Source: the human T2T-CHM13v2.0 reference genome, Homo sapiens. Taken from it: a DNA stretch of 64,000 bases. The stretch lies in NCBI RefSeq assembly GCF_009914755.1, contig NC_060930.1. One strand, written 5' to 3'. The notes under the pieces were generated by a model that saw nothing but the letters and a program-made list of their open reading frames with translations, made no database searches and had not been told where the DNA came from. Positions 62,621-64,000 of the stretch are shown here, piece by piece (position 1 is the stretch's first letter; every line of letters begins with the position of its first letter). Both the position numbers and the translations under genes were made by a program.

Positions 62621-62976
62621 CAGGTCCTGGAAGCTGAGGACCGAGGGCATAAGGGTGAGCATTGAACGGCATCCACTATCATGACTGAGGGAATGGAGAC
62701 TGGGCTGACAACAAGGGCAAAAGGAGTTCAGGGGAGGAAGAGTATTATGGGATATAGTAAGAAGGGAGAAGTTTATGGAGGAGTTGGGGCATTGACTCAG
62801 CCTCTCTAAGAGGGGAAGAGGCACGGTGAGGCAGTGTTGTGGAGTGTGTAGTTTTGGAGGCTGTGGAGAGCCTGAGCTGGTGATGAAAGCTGGATCATTG
62901 AGTACCATCTGCTCTGGAATGGCTGCAGTGCAAGCGGATGTTTGCCCTAGTGTGCCACATGGACAGGACATTTTGA

Positions 62977-63354
<378 letters not shown>

Positions 63355-64000
63355 CCCAGCATCCATTCTTTCAGCTTCCATAGCAATAGAATTTTCATCT
63401 GGGCACATAGCTGAACAAAATGCAGACTTTATTCCCGGCCTCTCTTGTAGCAAGGTGTGGCCATGTGACTAAGTTCACTGGAAGTAACTGTGAACAGAAA
63501 TGATGTGAGCACATCTATGCTTTGCCCTTAAAGAAATAGGACGGGCTGTCCAGGTCCCCACCCTTCCTTCTGGTGGCTCAGATGTGCGGATGGTGCAGAG
63601 GGCTGTGAATGAAGCAGCATTTTGAAGGGGGCAGAAAATCAACGCAGAAGGAACCTGAGTCCCTTGACACTTTATGGAGTAGAAGCGCAGACTGTTGTCA
63701 ACATAACTAAACCCATATTCTAACTAACAGATTAGGGAAACTAACCTGGCTGTGATATTCAGGGTAAGCTTGGAGCCGGAAGGACACAGGACTCATGTGG
63801 ATGATTCTGTCGTTGGCATTCTCCCTTACATTGAGCTCGTTCACGGTTCTGAGGCTTAGCTCTCAGACGGTTCTTTCAGACCTCAATTCTGGTATTTACA
63901 AACTGGCATATGGTGACTCAGTGGGGATGCTGTTGATGGAGGGTATAGGGTGGAGGTGGCTTCGGCGAGGGGAAGACACTGAGATACTTCCTGGGAAGAT

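Overview
Primate (human-like) non-coding DNA, intronic or intergenic. I find no convincing protein-coding gene, RNA gene or CRISPR array. Every long ORF I can interpret comes from Alu, L1, Tigger or simple-repeat sequence, and I cannot name the locus. The window is a mosaic of interspersed repeats. These include about 15 Alus, L1 pieces (one young L1PA2/3 3' end and one 5'-inverted L1PA), L2/MIR, MaLR/ERVL/ERVK LTRs and DNA transposons (a near-full-length Tigger1, Tigger3a, MER30, MER5A, MER58A). There are also two repeat-poor blocks, two CpG-island-like patches and several CTCF-like motifs. The most unusual signals concern recombination and repair rather than genes. (1) At ~59.8-60.5 kb an Alu and an MLT1 LTR have been rewritten almost entirely by A/T->G/C changes, the signature of GC-biased gene conversion, producing a CpG island from dead repeats. 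(2) At ~35 kb a tail-to-tail Alu pair about 15 bp apart shares private mutations, suggesting homogenisation between the copies. (3) At ~49 kb a truncated LTR13-type LTR has a fold-back at its breakpoint and a duplicated-flank inverted copy nearby. (4) A small telomere-repeat palindrome is inserted in a MIR. Repeat subfamily names are from my recollection of consensus sequences and need RepeatMasker/Dfam confirmation. Boundaries of old repeats are approximate.
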